Shown here piece after piece: positions 51,813 to 61,453 of a DNA stretch of 64,000 nucleotides. Source of the DNA: Leptolyngbyaceae cyanobacterium (GTDB taxonomy: Bacteria; Cyanobacteriota; Cyanobacteriia; Phormidesmidales; Phormidesmidaceae); assembly GCA_050331235.1 (NCBI GenBank), contig JBHJHA010000041.1, forward strand, positions 1 through 64,000, given 5' to 3'. The notes below the pieces were generated by a model, which made no database searches, was not told the origin of the DNA, and saw only the letters and a list, made by a program, of their open reading frames with translations. The first letter of the stretch is position 1. The number at the start of each line of letters is the position of its first letter. The position numbers were made by a program, and so were the translations under genes.

Positions 51813-52889
51813 ATGTTTAACCGTCTTAAAATTGCTCCCAAATTCACCCTCATCCTGCTGCTGATTTTTCTCATTGGCAGTTCCGCAGGTGGCTTTGTAC
51901 TGTCTCAAGCCCTGCAATATCAGGTTGAAAATAAAGTCCTGGCTGAAGGGGTCATGCTAATGGAGTCCATGCAGGCTATTCGCCGGTATACCGATCAAGA
52001 GGTGCGTCCACTGTTAGAGCGCTACGAAACGGTTGGGGAGTTTTGGCCAGAAGTCGTTCCAGCCTACTCAGCCCGCCGAGTCTTTGAGCTATGGGAAGAG
52101 ACCCATCAAGCAACCGAAGATTTTGACTATCAGTACAAAGAAGCGGTCATCAATCCAACGAACCCTAATGATCTGGCAGATGAGTTTGAAATGGCCTTGG
52201 TGGAGGCATTTCGGGCTGATTCAGAGACGGCCAATCAGTCCGGCTACCGGCAAAGCGCAGACAGGGGACTCATGTTTTACAGTGCTCTACCGATTAGCAT
52301 CCGCGATCCTTCATGTTTAGAATGTCACAGCGATCCGGCCATAGCTCCCCCCGCCATGGTGCAACAGTATGGGCCCCAGAATGGGTTTAATTGGCGACTG
52401 AATGAAGTATTGGGTACCCAGGTTGTTTATATTCCAGCGGAAGAGGTCTTCAACGGGGCTCGTCAAGCTTTTTCTTGGGTGATGGGGCTGTTTATCCTGA
52501 TGTTTGCGATCGCCCTATTTTGCTTGAATGCGCTGCTCAAACCGTTGGTTGTGCGCCCCGTTCAAGGATTGGCCAAACTATCAGAAAAACTCGCCGCAGA
52601 TGATATTCAAACTGCGGACGATATGGACCCAGCCGAATCGCGGAAGTTGGCCCAAGTTGTCAAACGCCAGGATGAACTTGGTCAGCTAGGCCAAGTATTT
52701 CAAAAAATGGTAAATGAGGTCATTGCTCGCCAGCAGCGCTTAAAGCAGCAAATTCGCGACTTAAAAATTGAAATTGACCAAAGCCGCAAAGCAAAAGAAG
52801 TGAAAGAGATTGTCGAAACTGATTACTTCCAAGATTTGCAATCAAAAGCGCAGAAATTTCGCCGGCAGAAAAATGATGATGATCAATAA
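51813..52889 (+). CDS. DUF3365 (Tll0287-like) heme c sensor domain plus HAMP membrane protein
   Basis: TM, periplasmic domain with VPAYSA, NPTNP and CLECH (CxxCH), second TM, HAMP (DELGQLGQVFQKM), coiled-coil tail. Confidence 0.85.
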   Translation: MFNRLKIAPKFTLILLLIFLIGSSAGGFVLSQALQYQVENKVLAEGVMLMESMQAIRRYTDQEVRPLLERYETVGEFWPEVVPAYSARRVFELWEETHQATEDFDYQYKEAVINPTNPNDLADEFEMALVEAFRADSETANQSGYRQSADRGLMFYSALPISIRDPSCLECHSDPAIAPPAMVQQYGPQNGFNWRLNEVLGTQVVYIPAEEVFNGARQAFSWVMGLFILMFAIALFCLNALLKPLVVRPVQGLAKLSEKLAADDIQTADDMDPAESRKLAQVVKRQDELGQLGQVFQKMVNEVIARQQRLKQQIRDLKIEIDQSRKAKEVKEIVETDYFQDLQSKAQKFRRQKNDDDQ

Positions 52890-52900
52890 CCTGCCCCTGA

Positions 52901-53215
52901 CTACGAGGGCTCATCCACGGCGATTAGTCAAGTGCGATCGCGGAAGCCACCTCGAATCGCTCTATGGTCAGCTTGCATACGCCGAATATGCGCCTAGTCC
53001 AGCTCAAAATATGTCGCGATCGCATCCCATCACCTCACACAAGTCGGCCATTTCAGCCACCATATCGGCGCAGCAGCAATCACACCCTGGGCATCTTCCA
53101 GCAGCTTAGCGCGCAGGGCAGAGTCATAGCCACCAGCACTCAACGTTCGAATAGTGCAAGTTTTGCCGGCCTGCCGAATGATATCGGGAATGCGGTCTCG
53201 CACCAGTTTACCCAT
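52901..53215 (-). pseudogene. Decayed MazG-like/PRA-PH NTP pyrophosphohydrolase
   Basis: KLVRDRIPDII...KLLED, then after frameshifts EMADLCEVM / DAIATYFELD*...RGGFRDRT*LI: two frameshifts and two internal stops. Confidence 0.8.
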
Positions 53216-53292
53216 GTTGCCAGCCATGGATTAAAGGGACCAATTTGCCTTTGATCTGTTGGACGGATAGAACAGCGATCGTTCCGCGCGCG

Positions 53293-53886
53293 TTAAGACG
53301 TCTCTACCAGCTCAATATTGACCTCGTTGATGGGGCGGCGCTTCAGCTCAACGGATTCGGTGCGCGGCAAGAGATCAAAGACCTCTCGCATCACATCGTC
53401 GATCGCCTCATAACTAATCGTCCCAGTTTCGTTCAGCCGGACATCGCCAGCCTGGTCGAACACGACCGTTTGCGGCACTGCCCCCCCAAAGTAGTAGCCC
53501 GGTTCAGTGGGCTCAAAGCTTTCTTTCAGCGGAATGGCATCAGCCATGACGGGAATAAAGTTAGCCGCCCGGCCATAGGGAGCCTGCAGCCGAGACACGA
53601 CAGAGGCAAATCGCTTGCAGTCAGTACTGTCGTCGACATAGAAAACCAACAACGCCGGTTTACTCTGCTGGAGCGACTCAGTCAGCGAAACTTTGGGTGG
53701 CACTAACGAGCCATTGCCGGCATAAAGGGCAAAAATATTGCCGTCATAGCGATCGTCTTCTAAACCTGCCCAAGCGCTGGTTGCACTCAAGAGCCAGCAA
53801 CTGACAACTGCTAGGGTCATGACTAGGAACTGGCGCCAGTGCGAAAGGGGCTTTGTCATCGTGTTGATTAATTGTTGAATTTTCAC
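53293..53886 (-). CDS. Thioredoxin-like thylakoid photosystem I accumulation factor (Slr1796-like)
   Basis: Signal peptide; DDRYDGNIFALYAGNGSLVPP, FYVDDSTDCK, VPQTVV, FDLLPR. Confidence 0.75.
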   Translation of the reverse strand: MKIQQLINTMTKPLSHWRQFLVMTLAVVSCWLLSATSAWAGLEDDRYDGNIFALYAGNGSLVPPKVSLTESLQQSKPALLVFYVDDSTDCKRFASVVSRLQAPYGRAANFIPVMADAIPLKESFEPTEPGYYFGGAVPQTVVFDQAGDVRLNETGTISYEAIDDVMREVFDLLPRTESVELKRRPINEVNIELVETS

Positions 53887-53925
53887 TTTTTCTATTGAGC
53901 CATACTGTGGCTCTTCTCTGGCAAA

Positions 53926-54564
53926 TTAGGATTCGATTTCCCGGAATGTTTCAGCAATCCCCCGCAGCTCAGAGCGATACTCCGCATATTGTTCAGGGGT
54001 GGTCCAGGCCACAATTTGGTAGTAACGATCTTCTGAAACTACCGTCGTATGGAGATACACGACGGGAGTATTCTCATCAACTCGACCGCGGACTTCATAC
54101 TGGGTAGCAAAATCACCATCAATAAATGCCACCTCTGTTGCACTTTCGCTTTCATAGGCCGTCATTCGTTGTCGCAGCATCTCTCGATAGTTGGCCGCAT
54201 TTTCTTTGAGCCCCAAACGCATCAACTTATCAGCGTCTTCGGCCACTACGATGAGATAAAGCTGCTTGTCGGGGTCGGAGGCCTGCAGTTCAGCAGAGTT
54301 GTGGAGCTGGGAGTCAGCGGACCAGCTACCAGGAAGCGTGATAGCAATACCCGCAGTTTCGTTTTGCAAAACTTGCCCCTCATCAAAGGTGTCGAGTGTT
54401 TGATTGCCAACAACAGTCTCCGACTCAGCGCTAGTGTCACTCGGCTGCGACTGGGATATCTCTGGATTACCTTGCAAGTTTCTTAAAATCCGCTCACAGC
54501 TAACCGCCAACAGGACGATGACCACCAGCGGCAGCAGGATTTGAAAAGTCCAAGGGCGGTTCAT
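53926..54564 (-). CDS. Hypothetical lipoprotein
   Basis: Lipobox LAVSC; C-terminal alpha/beta domain (YLHTTV...YYQIVAWT). Confidence 0.7.
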   Translation of the reverse strand: MNRPWTFQILLPLVVIVLLAVSCERILRNLQGNPEISQSQPSDTSAESETVVGNQTLDTFDEGQVLQNETAGIAITLPGSWSADSQLHNSAELQASDPDKQLYLIVVAEDADKLMRLGLKENAANYREMLRQRMTAYESESATEVAFIDGDFATQYEVRGRVDENTPVVYLHTTVVSEDRYYQIVAWTTPEQYAEYRSELRGIAETFREIES

Positions 54565-54617
54565 AAGGAGGCGATCGCAACTAGCATCCAAAGCATAGCA
54601 CCGCTGCCAAGGGGTAA

Positions 54618-55199
54618 TCAGAGGCTGGTCAGGCGATTCAGCTCGGCATGACGAAAGCAATCAGTCGTGTGATCGTTTACCATGCCCACCGCTTGCATAA
54701 AGGCATAGCAAATCACTGATCCCATGAACGTAAAGCCTCGTTGCTTGAGATCTTGGCTAATAGCATCGGATAACTCCGTACGGGCTGGCACCGCGGCTAA
54801 GGTAGGCCAACTATTCTGGATGGGGATGCCCTCAACCCAGTGCCACAGATAAGCATCGAAGCTACCAAACTCCCGCTGAATCGCCAAGAATACTCGGGCA
54901 TTGCGGGTTGTTGCCTCGATCTTGCGGCGGTTACGCACAATGCCGGTATCAGTCATGAGTGCTTCCTGTTTAACCGAGCTGTAGCTAGCGACGATCTCAG
55001 GATCAAACCCATCGAATGCAGTACGAAAATTTTCGCGTTTTCGCAAAATTGTGATCCAACTTAGGCCCGCTTGAAAACCCTCTAGGATCAGAAACTCAAA
55101 CAGCCGGCGATCGTCATGAAGCGGCACCCCCCATTCACTATCATGATAGGCCTGCTCGACCGGATCGTCGTGAACCCAACTACAGCGACATGGAAGCAA
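54618..55199 (-). CDS. tag: DNA-3-methyladenine glycosylase I
   Basis: RCSW, YHDSEWG, LEGFQAGLSWITIL, GIVRNRRKI, GMVNDH...C. Confidence 0.95.
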   Translation of the reverse strand: MLPCRCSWVHDDPVEQAYHDSEWGVPLHDDRRLFEFLILEGFQAGLSWITILRKRENFRTAFDGFDPEIVASYSSVKQEALMTDTGIVRNRRKIEATTRNARVFLAIQREFGSFDAYLWHWVEGIPIQNSWPTLAAVPARTELSDAISQDLKQRGFTFMGSVICYAFMQAVGMVNDHTTDCFRHAELNRLTSL

Positions 55200-55216
55200 T
55201 GTAGATATCCCGCCGC

Positions 55217-55654
55217 TTAGCGACGGACTCGCCCTGTAAAGCCAGACGCTTTGAACTGTTCCAACTTCAGCGGTTCAGGTTGGTTAGCAGCAACCGAAAC
55301 CCTGAGTTCAAAAGGGCTTTCGCCAGGGGGCACTTCCTCAATGGAGCCCAGGCGGGTACGGTTCATCATGGCGGGGTTATTGTTGGCGTCATAGATGCGG
55401 CCAAACACATCGGCATTAAGCACGGGCTTGCCAGAGGTATTTACGGCAGTTCCTTGAATCAGGTAACAGTTGGCTTTTTGTAGCGAGCCAGAAGCCACAA
55501 TGCCGTCAGAAAATTCCTCGGGACACGATGTGTAGGTTAAGTCTTTGAGCTCGATTTGCGTCATCGCCTGGGCCACTGGGGTAAAAACGAACGTTGCGAC
55601 GAACAGGCCGACAATGACTCCCGCCATCAGTGCTGTTTTGAATCCAGTACGCAT
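55217..55654 (-). CDS. Conserved cyanobacterial secreted/lumenal hypothetical protein
   Basis: Signal peptide (AQA); paired Cys; NADVFGRIYDA, NRTRLGSI and LEQFKASGF. Confidence 0.7.
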   Translation of the reverse strand: MRTGFKTALMAGVIVGLFVATFVFTPVAQAMTQIELKDLTYTSCPEEFSDGIVASGSLQKANCYLIQGTAVNTSGKPVLNADVFGRIYDANNNPAMMNRTRLGSIEEVPPGESPFELRVSVAANQPEPLKLEQFKASGFTGRVRR

Positions 55655-55684
55655 CGTGGAGCTTCCTTTGATGAGAATGCATCT

Positions 55685-56593
55685 CTAGATTATCGTGAAA
55701 TGTCGAGGCACCCCTGACGAGGGGTGCCCTAACTGAGTCTTTAAAGTTTTTCGCATGATACCAATGGGCGGTGCTTGTCGGGTCCAAATCTTGAGCGCGG
55801 CGGCACCCTGCTGTACTAGCATCTCAGTGCCATCGATAGGAGTAAGTCCTCGCTGAGTCGCAAGCTGTAAAAATTGTGTAGGGCTCGGTGTGTAAATCAA
55901 ATCGTAGGCGATCGCAGTGGCGGGCAAGATCTCTAACTGCTGCTGCGTCATCGGCGTAGCGTCAATCTGCGGGTGCATGCCAATGGGGGTTGTATTAACC
56001 ACCAGTTGCGTCTTCGACAGTAAACCATCGAGATCGGCAAATCGACACGTTTGTAATGCCGGCTGTAGCGTCGAATCATGCCAACTGTTGACAAAGGCCT
56101 GCAGTTTGTCAGCGCTACGCCCCACTAGCCAGATATCTTGGCAGCCCAGAGTGACACAACCGGCGACAACCGCCCGGGCCGCCCCCCCATTGCCTAAGAT
56201 TACGACTCGGGCTTGAGACCAATCCTCAGACAAGGCTTGCAATGGAGCCATAAATCCGGTCACGTCGGTATTAGTACCAGCCCAACCTTGATCAGTGCGC
56301 CAAACTGTATTGACCGCGCCCACTGCTTGACCCACCTCAGTGACGGTTGCCAACAACGGCATCACGGCCTGCTTATGGGGAATGGTCACATTAAACCCTG
56401 TGACGCCTAAGGACCAAAGCCCCGCGATCGCCGACGGTAAATCATTGGGGTGAACCGGAAAGGGGACATAAACGGCATCGTGGGCCAGTTGATAGAGGGC
56501 GGCATTTTGCATCGGTGGGGACAGCGAGTGCTCAACCGGATAACCGATGATGCCCAAAACCTCAGTAGCACCAGTGAACGCCGAGCTCGTCAT
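55685..56593 (-). CDS. aroE: Shikimate dehydrogenase
   Basis: HSLSP.MQN, NVTIPHK, GAVNT, NTD, GNGGAARA, NTTPIGM, DLIY.P. Confidence 0.96.
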   Translation of the reverse strand: MTSSAFTGATEVLGIIGYPVEHSLSPPMQNAALYQLAHDAVYVPFPVHPNDLPSAIAGLWSLGVTGFNVTIPHKQAVMPLLATVTEVGQAVGAVNTVWRTDQGWAGTNTDVTGFMAPLQALSEDWSQARVVILGNGGAARAVVAGCVTLGCQDIWLVGRSADKLQAFVNSWHDSTLQPALQTCRFADLDGLLSKTQLVVNTTPIGMHPQIDATPMTQQQLEILPATAIAYDLIYTPSPTQFLQLATQRGLTPIDGTEMLVQQGAAALKIWTRQAPPIGIMRKTLKTQLGHPSSGVPRHFTII

Positions 56594-56743
56594 CTTATTC
56601 TTTCCTTCCAAGTTACGCTGAGATCATCCCGCAAAACAGGTGGAAGCCTGCGGCGAACATATTCTTTGACTGATGGTGTTGTGCCCACTAATCATGGCCG
56701 GTGTTGGCTAAATGGGCCGAGCAACAAAATGGATAAATGCGCT

Positions 56744-57532
56744 CTACTCGACGATAAATCCAGTTTCGACTCCGGTGGTTTCATGAACCTCAGAGTCGAG
56801 CAGCAGGGTTACGATTACCACCGTGATGTTATCGCGACCACCGTGCTTTTTAGCTGAGTTGATTAAGGCTTGAGCCGCGCTTTCTACAGCTCGAATTGAC
56901 TTGAGATGGGCCGCAATAATGGTATCGGGCAGCTCTTCTGTCAAGCCGTCGCTACAGAGGAGGAAGCGATCGCCCGGCTGCGCCTCAATCGGCTGCACAT
57001 CGATCCGGTGCATATCCTCGCGTCCGAGACATTGCGATAACACATGCCGCCAAGGGTGATTGCGCGACTGGTCAACAGTTAATTCCCCCTCTCTGACGGC
57101 ACGGGCAATCCAGGTATGGTCCTCTGTTAGAGCCACAATTTTAGGCCCGCGCAGCCGATATAGCCGAGAGTCGCCTACATGGGCACACCAGGGTTGACTA
57201 TCTTTATCTGTCCGAAAGGCCAGCACCACGATGGTAGTCCCCATATCACCCCGTTCAGGGTGCTGTTTTTGGTCACTCAAAATGGCTTCATTGGCTAAGG
57301 TCAGGGACTGCTGCAGGATCTCCGCTGTCTTTGAGTCACTCTCCCAATGTTTTTCCAAATGATTACGAATCGTGGTGGTTGCAATGCTGCTGGCTTCTTG
57401 CCCACCGGCATGTCCCCCCATGCCATCAGCCACAATAAAAAAGCGCCCCTCAGGGTCAATATGGTATGCATCTTGGTTACTGGAACGCACCAACCCTGGG
57501 TCCGTCATTCCAGAAAAAATTAGCTTGAGCAT
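56744..57532 (-). CDS. PP2C-type Ser/Thr phosphatase (PphA-like)
   Basis: TDPGLVR..NQD, VADGMGGHAGG, MGTT, HVGDSR, LCSDGL, GGRDNIT. Confidence 0.93.
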   Translation of the reverse strand: MLKLIFSGMTDPGLVRSSNQDAYHIDPEGRFFIVADGMGGHAGGQEASSIATTTIRNHLEKHWESDSKTAEILQQSLTLANEAILSDQKQHPERGDMGTTIVVLAFRTDKDSQPWCAHVGDSRLYRLRGPKIVALTEDHTWIARAVREGELTVDQSRNHPWRHVLSQCLGREDMHRIDVQPIEAQPGDRFLLCSDGLTEELPDTIIAAHLKSIRAVESAAQALINSAKKHGGRDNITVVIVTLLLDSEVHETTGVETGFIVE

Positions 57533-57550
57533 CGACCCGTGTTTCCCCCG

Positions 57551-59458
57551 TTAAGGCAGTCGGTCAGCACGACCAATCTGCAGCATTAGACGCAGTAAAG
57601 CAATCCCAGATACTCCAGCAACAGCAAAAGCAGCGATCGCCAACCAGAGAAATCCATAAACCAGCAAAATAGTGGCGGATAACACAAAAGCCCCCACTAA
57701 TAGTGTGTAGTTCGTCGCCATGTTGACGCTACTGATACGTCGCAAAATGCGATCAGTTTCAATAGAGCGCACGCGCACGCGCACGTCACCTCGCTCTAAC
57801 TTACTGAGAGTATCTTCCAAGCGACGAGGCAAGCCAAATGCCGTCGAGCCTACCTGAGCTGCCTGACGACCAATCTCGCCAAACAGAGATTCGGTAGAGT
57901 TGGATAAATCGTTATTGCTCATAAGCTTCGTGGCAAACGGCTTTGCCGCCTCCATAAAGTTAAACTCGGGATCGAGCCCTTTACCAACCCCTTCTAAGGT
58001 AGAAAAGGCTCGCATGACGAACGTAAACGTTGCCGGAAAACGAAAGGGTTGATCGTAGGCGATTTCGTACAAATCATCGCTAATTTCAGCCACCGACTGC
58101 TCTTCAAAGGGCTTATCCATCAGGTTGTCCAAAATATATTGAACAGACCGACGAACTGGACCCATATCTTCAGCCTCGGCAAGTGCTCCTAAGTCCACCA
58201 ACGAGGACACAACCAAGTCAGCATCTCTCTGAGCAATTCCTATGAACGTTATCATAAGACGCTCACGGGTCACCGGCTGAATCTGCCCCATCATGCCAAA
58301 GTCATAAAAGATGAGTGCGCCCTCAGGACTCACCGCAATATTCCCAGGATGAGGATCCGCATGAAAGAAGCCATCATCCAAAAGCTGATGTAAATAAGCT
58401 TTAGCACCGAGGTGAGCTAATTCTTTGCGGTCTAGGCCGGCAGCCTCAAGCGCATCATAGTGGCTAATCTTAATCCCAGGCATGTACTCTAGCGTTAACA
58501 CGCGGGGCGTCGCATACCGCCAAAAGACGCGGGGCACCCGGGTCCACTCATGCTTACGAAAATTGCGGCGAAAGGTATCGGCGTTGCGCCCTTCGTTGAG
58601 GTAGTCAATTTCTTCCCAAAGGATGCGGCAGCATTCGTCATAAATCCCTAACCAGTCCCGACCTTTGCCCCAGTAGGGATGATTTTGAAAATAAACAGCA
58701 ATCCCCTTAAGGATCGCCAGATCAATTCTAAATAACCGCTTGAGACCTGGCCGCTGAACCTTGACGACAACCTCTTCACCTGAGTGAAGTCGAGCGCGAT
58801 GTACCTGGCCGAGACTGGCCGCCGCCAAGGGAACCGGATCGAAGCTTTGGTACAAATCTGAAATTGATTTACCAAAATCCGCCGTAATGATCTCTTCAAC
58901 CTCTTCATAGCTGAAAGCAGGCACTCGGTCTTGCAGCTTGGACAGCTCCTCTACATACTCAGTAGGAAAGAGATCTGCTCGGGTAGAAAACAGCTGTCCC
59001 AACTTAATAAATGTCGGCCCCAGCTCAAGAAACGTTTCTCGGATCCAAATGGCTTGCCTGCGCCGTCGCGCTGCCATCTTTTCTGGAGTCATCTCACCCT
59101 GATAGCTCCAGGGCTTTTTGAATAGCCAGCGGGCTCCTAAGAATCGAAAGACGAAGGACCAGATATCAGCAGATCGCTTGACCCGAGAGTAACGCTTCCG
59201 GTTCCACTTATAAGCCTTTTTGCTGGACGATAGACTGTGTAGTCGCAGAGGAGTGGTGGTTGACACATCCAGAAAACTAGATGCTGCCCTAAGCGAATCA
59301 GGATCTGCATGGGCGGATGAAGTATGAGCGCTCGCTGCAGTTTCCACAGCCTTTACCAAGTCGACTGCATGCTGTGACTCATCAGTTGCGGCGAGATTGC
59401 CTGACTCAGAATCAGGCGGGGCCGAGATGGAGGGTTCAGAATCGTAGGCAGCAGACAC
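57551..59458 (-). CDS. AarF/ABC1/UbiB atypical kinase
   Basis: LGPTFIKLGQ, AAASLGQVHRA, VKVQRP, FFHADPHPGN, DFGM. Confidence 0.95.
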   Translation of the reverse strand: MSAAYDSEPSISAPPDSESGNLAATDESQHAVDLVKAVETAASAHTSSAHADPDSLRAASSFLDVSTTTPLRLHSLSSSKKAYKWNRKRYSRVKRSADIWSFVFRFLGARWLFKKPWSYQGEMTPEKMAARRRRQAIWIRETFLELGPTFIKLGQLFSTRADLFPTEYVEELSKLQDRVPAFSYEEVEEIITADFGKSISDLYQSFDPVPLAAASLGQVHRARLHSGEEVVVKVQRPGLKRLFRIDLAILKGIAVYFQNHPYWGKGRDWLGIYDECCRILWEEIDYLNEGRNADTFRRNFRKHEWTRVPRVFWRYATPRVLTLEYMPGIKISHYDALEAAGLDRKELAHLGAKAYLHQLLDDGFFHADPHPGNIAVSPEGALIFYDFGMMGQIQPVTRERLMITFIGIAQRDADLVVSSLVDLGALAEAEDMGPVRRSVQYILDNLMDKPFEEQSVAEISDDLYEIAYDQPFRFPATFTFVMRAFSTLEGVGKGLDPEFNFMEAAKPFATKLMSNNDLSNSTESLFGEIGRQAAQVGSTAFGLPRRLEDTLSKLERGDVRVRVRSIETDRILRRISSVNMATNYTLLVGAFVLSATILLVYGFLWLAIAAFAVAGVSGIALLRLMLQIGRADRLP

Positions 59459-59522
59459 TCAAACTCCGGAGCAAGTAGCTAAGGGGAACAAAAATCAGGA
59501 CCAAATGAGCAACTGAGGCAGA

Positions 59523-59858
59523 TTAATTCAAAGATGCCCGATACTGTTGCAAAGTCGAACGCACCTGCGCAATTTCGGCGCGCAAGTTGTCAATTGTCGC
59601 CTGCAAATCTTGAGGGTTAGAGATGCCCGTAGCGCCTGCAGAAAAGCCTCCAGTAGCAGCTTCCTGGCCCACGGTAGATTCTTGTTGCTGAACGCGTGCC
59701 ATTACGTCCTCAGTAAACTGACGCAAATTTTCGCGCTGCTCAGCGTCAAACCGCCCCAGATCGCTCAAGGCCTCAGTCATTGATTGCTCGACTTTTTCAC
59801 TAATCGCGCTTGCTAGAGCACGACCCATAAAAAAGGCATGGACAACGGGACTACTCAT
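59523..59858 (-). CDS. Conserved cyanobacterial coiled-coil protein (Sll1769/DUF6825-like)
   Basis: [22 protein letters not shown] and [14 protein letters not shown]; directly upstream of the AarF kinase. Confidence 0.75.
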   Translation of the reverse strand: MSSPVVHAFFMGRALASAISEKVEQSMTEALSDLGRFDAEQRENLRQFTEDVMARVQQQESTVGQEAATGGFSAGATGISNPQDLQATIDNLRAEIAQVRSTLQQYRASLN

Positions 59859-59963
59859 AATGTCACACTTTGTTACACCTCTCGTCAAGATTATAACGTT
59901 CTTGCCCAAAAGTCCCGCGCACAACTGCCATTAAGTTAAATCAATCGCTCGAGTAACGAATAC

Positions 59964-61364
59964 TTACCCTTCCGAGCTCATGCCAGCAGCCGACGCGTCG
60001 GGCGGGCTAACTTCGGATGTAGGTCGGGACAAAATATCGTCAGTACTAGAAAAGCTATTGGGATCAACCTCTATGGGCGGTGCTTCGAGCGGGTCAACAG
60101 GCGATGGCAGAGGCTCGGCTGCTGGCTCCGGGGGCGCAATGATGTCATCCAGAGAAACTCCTGGCGCTTGCTCTTCTGCTCCCGCTGCACTGGGAGCCTG
60201 CACAGGCTCCGTCACAGAAGGCTCAACATCAGGGAACAATTCATCTTGTGTCTCAATCGTTTCAAATGCGGCTTCTGGCTGTGTCTCTTCACTGGGAGGG
60301 TTCGATTCAAACCATTCCTCTCGCTGTATAGGAATGTCGCTCTCAGGCAAAAACGGTTCATCAAAAGCAGCAGCTTCTGGAGAATCCCCTGACCACTCGG
60401 CTTGAGCCGGAAAAGACTGCTTGGGATTGAGCTGAATGACACCCGGCAGGCTGGTTGCGCTCAATCGCCAAGCGGTGCCAACACCCACACCCACGATGGC
60501 CGCAATAAGAGCCGTGCCGCCCAGTGCCGGAACCAATCTAGAGCGCCGAGCTTGGCCTGCTCGATCAAGCATCGGCCCTGATTTGATCAGTTTTTGGCGA
60601 GGGGACTGAACCTGGTAAGCGGTGCCACTATCCGGCAGCATATCGAGCCATCGAGTGAGGTTAGTAGTCTCTGGTGTTGCTGGCGATCGCCCGCCTTGAA
60701 CAATCGCGTCAACGATCAATGGGCTCAGGGTAGGACGATGCTTCGCCAGGCTAGCTTTGATACTGCTGTCAGTTGCATTAGGGGAAATCTCTTGCCCGGT
60801 CAAAAAGCTAAATAGTAATTTCGATAATCCTTGCACAGAGGACTGAGGCGTCGTCTCACTCGCCGCCTGACCTTGCAAGTAAGCTTGGGGTAGTCCAGTC
60901 AAAGTCAGCTGATCATGGCCCGGATTAAGCCATACCCGATTAGAGGACAAATCTAAGTCAGTGATGCCCTGGGCTTCGAGCCATGTTAGCTGATGAGCAA
61001 TTGTGCGAATGTTGGTCAGGCTCTGTTTGGGTGACAGCGGTGAGCAATCCTTGCGTGCAGATGACCAGGGCAAGCCGACAGCCGTTCCCATTGCGAGACA
61101 CAGCGTTTGAGCTTCACCACGAAATAGCTGAAAAGACTTCGGCAATGGTGACTGAGGGGCAAAGGCAACCCCTTCTAGGCGAGCGATTAGCGCCGATAAA
61201 TCGCTGAAGTCAGAACCATCCGCAATGGGAAAAACCTGAATAAAGACTGGCATTCCAGCCACGACATGGGTGCCCCAGTAGAGGTCACCGTTAGGAGCGG
61301 CTTCTAGAAGTGCGTCGATAACGTAGTGACCATTTTGCAGGGCAGTCCCAGGGGCAAGCGGCAT
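59964..61364 (-). CDS. Membrane-anchored Ser/Thr kinase-like protein with degenerate catalytic motifs
   Basis: LAPGTALQNGHYVI kinase-type start; VFIQ, DLDLSSNRV and LTGL replace VAIK, HRDxKPxN and DFG; TM helix then an acidic Pro-rich tail. Confidence 0.75.
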   Translation of the reverse strand: MPLAPGTALQNGHYVIDALLEAAPNGDLYWGTHVVAGMPVFIQVFPIADGSDFSDLSALIARLEGVAFAPQSPLPKSFQLFRGEAQTLCLAMGTAVGLPWSSARKDCSPLSPKQSLTNIRTIAHQLTWLEAQGITDLDLSSNRVWLNPGHDQLTLTGLPQAYLQGQAASETTPQSSVQGLSKLLFSFLTGQEISPNATDSSIKASLAKHRPTLSPLIVDAIVQGGRSPATPETTNLTRWLDMLPDSGTAYQVQSPRQKLIKSGPMLDRAGQARRSRLVPALGGTALIAAIVGVGVGTAWRLSATSLPGVIQLNPKQSFPAQAEWSGDSPEAAAFDEPFLPESDIPIQREEWFESNPPSEETQPEAAFETIETQDELFPDVEPSVTEPVQAPSAAGAEEQAPGVSLDDIIAPPEPAAEPLPSPVDPLEAPPIEVDPNSFSSTDDILSRPTSEVSPPDASAAGMSSEG

Positions 61365-61453
61365 AGGTTTAAGAACGACAGAGAGAGAGGTCAAATTCAG
61401 ACTTTCTTAATCTACCCTGCCCTGCCGGAGATCGCAGCCTCTACGCTGACAAA

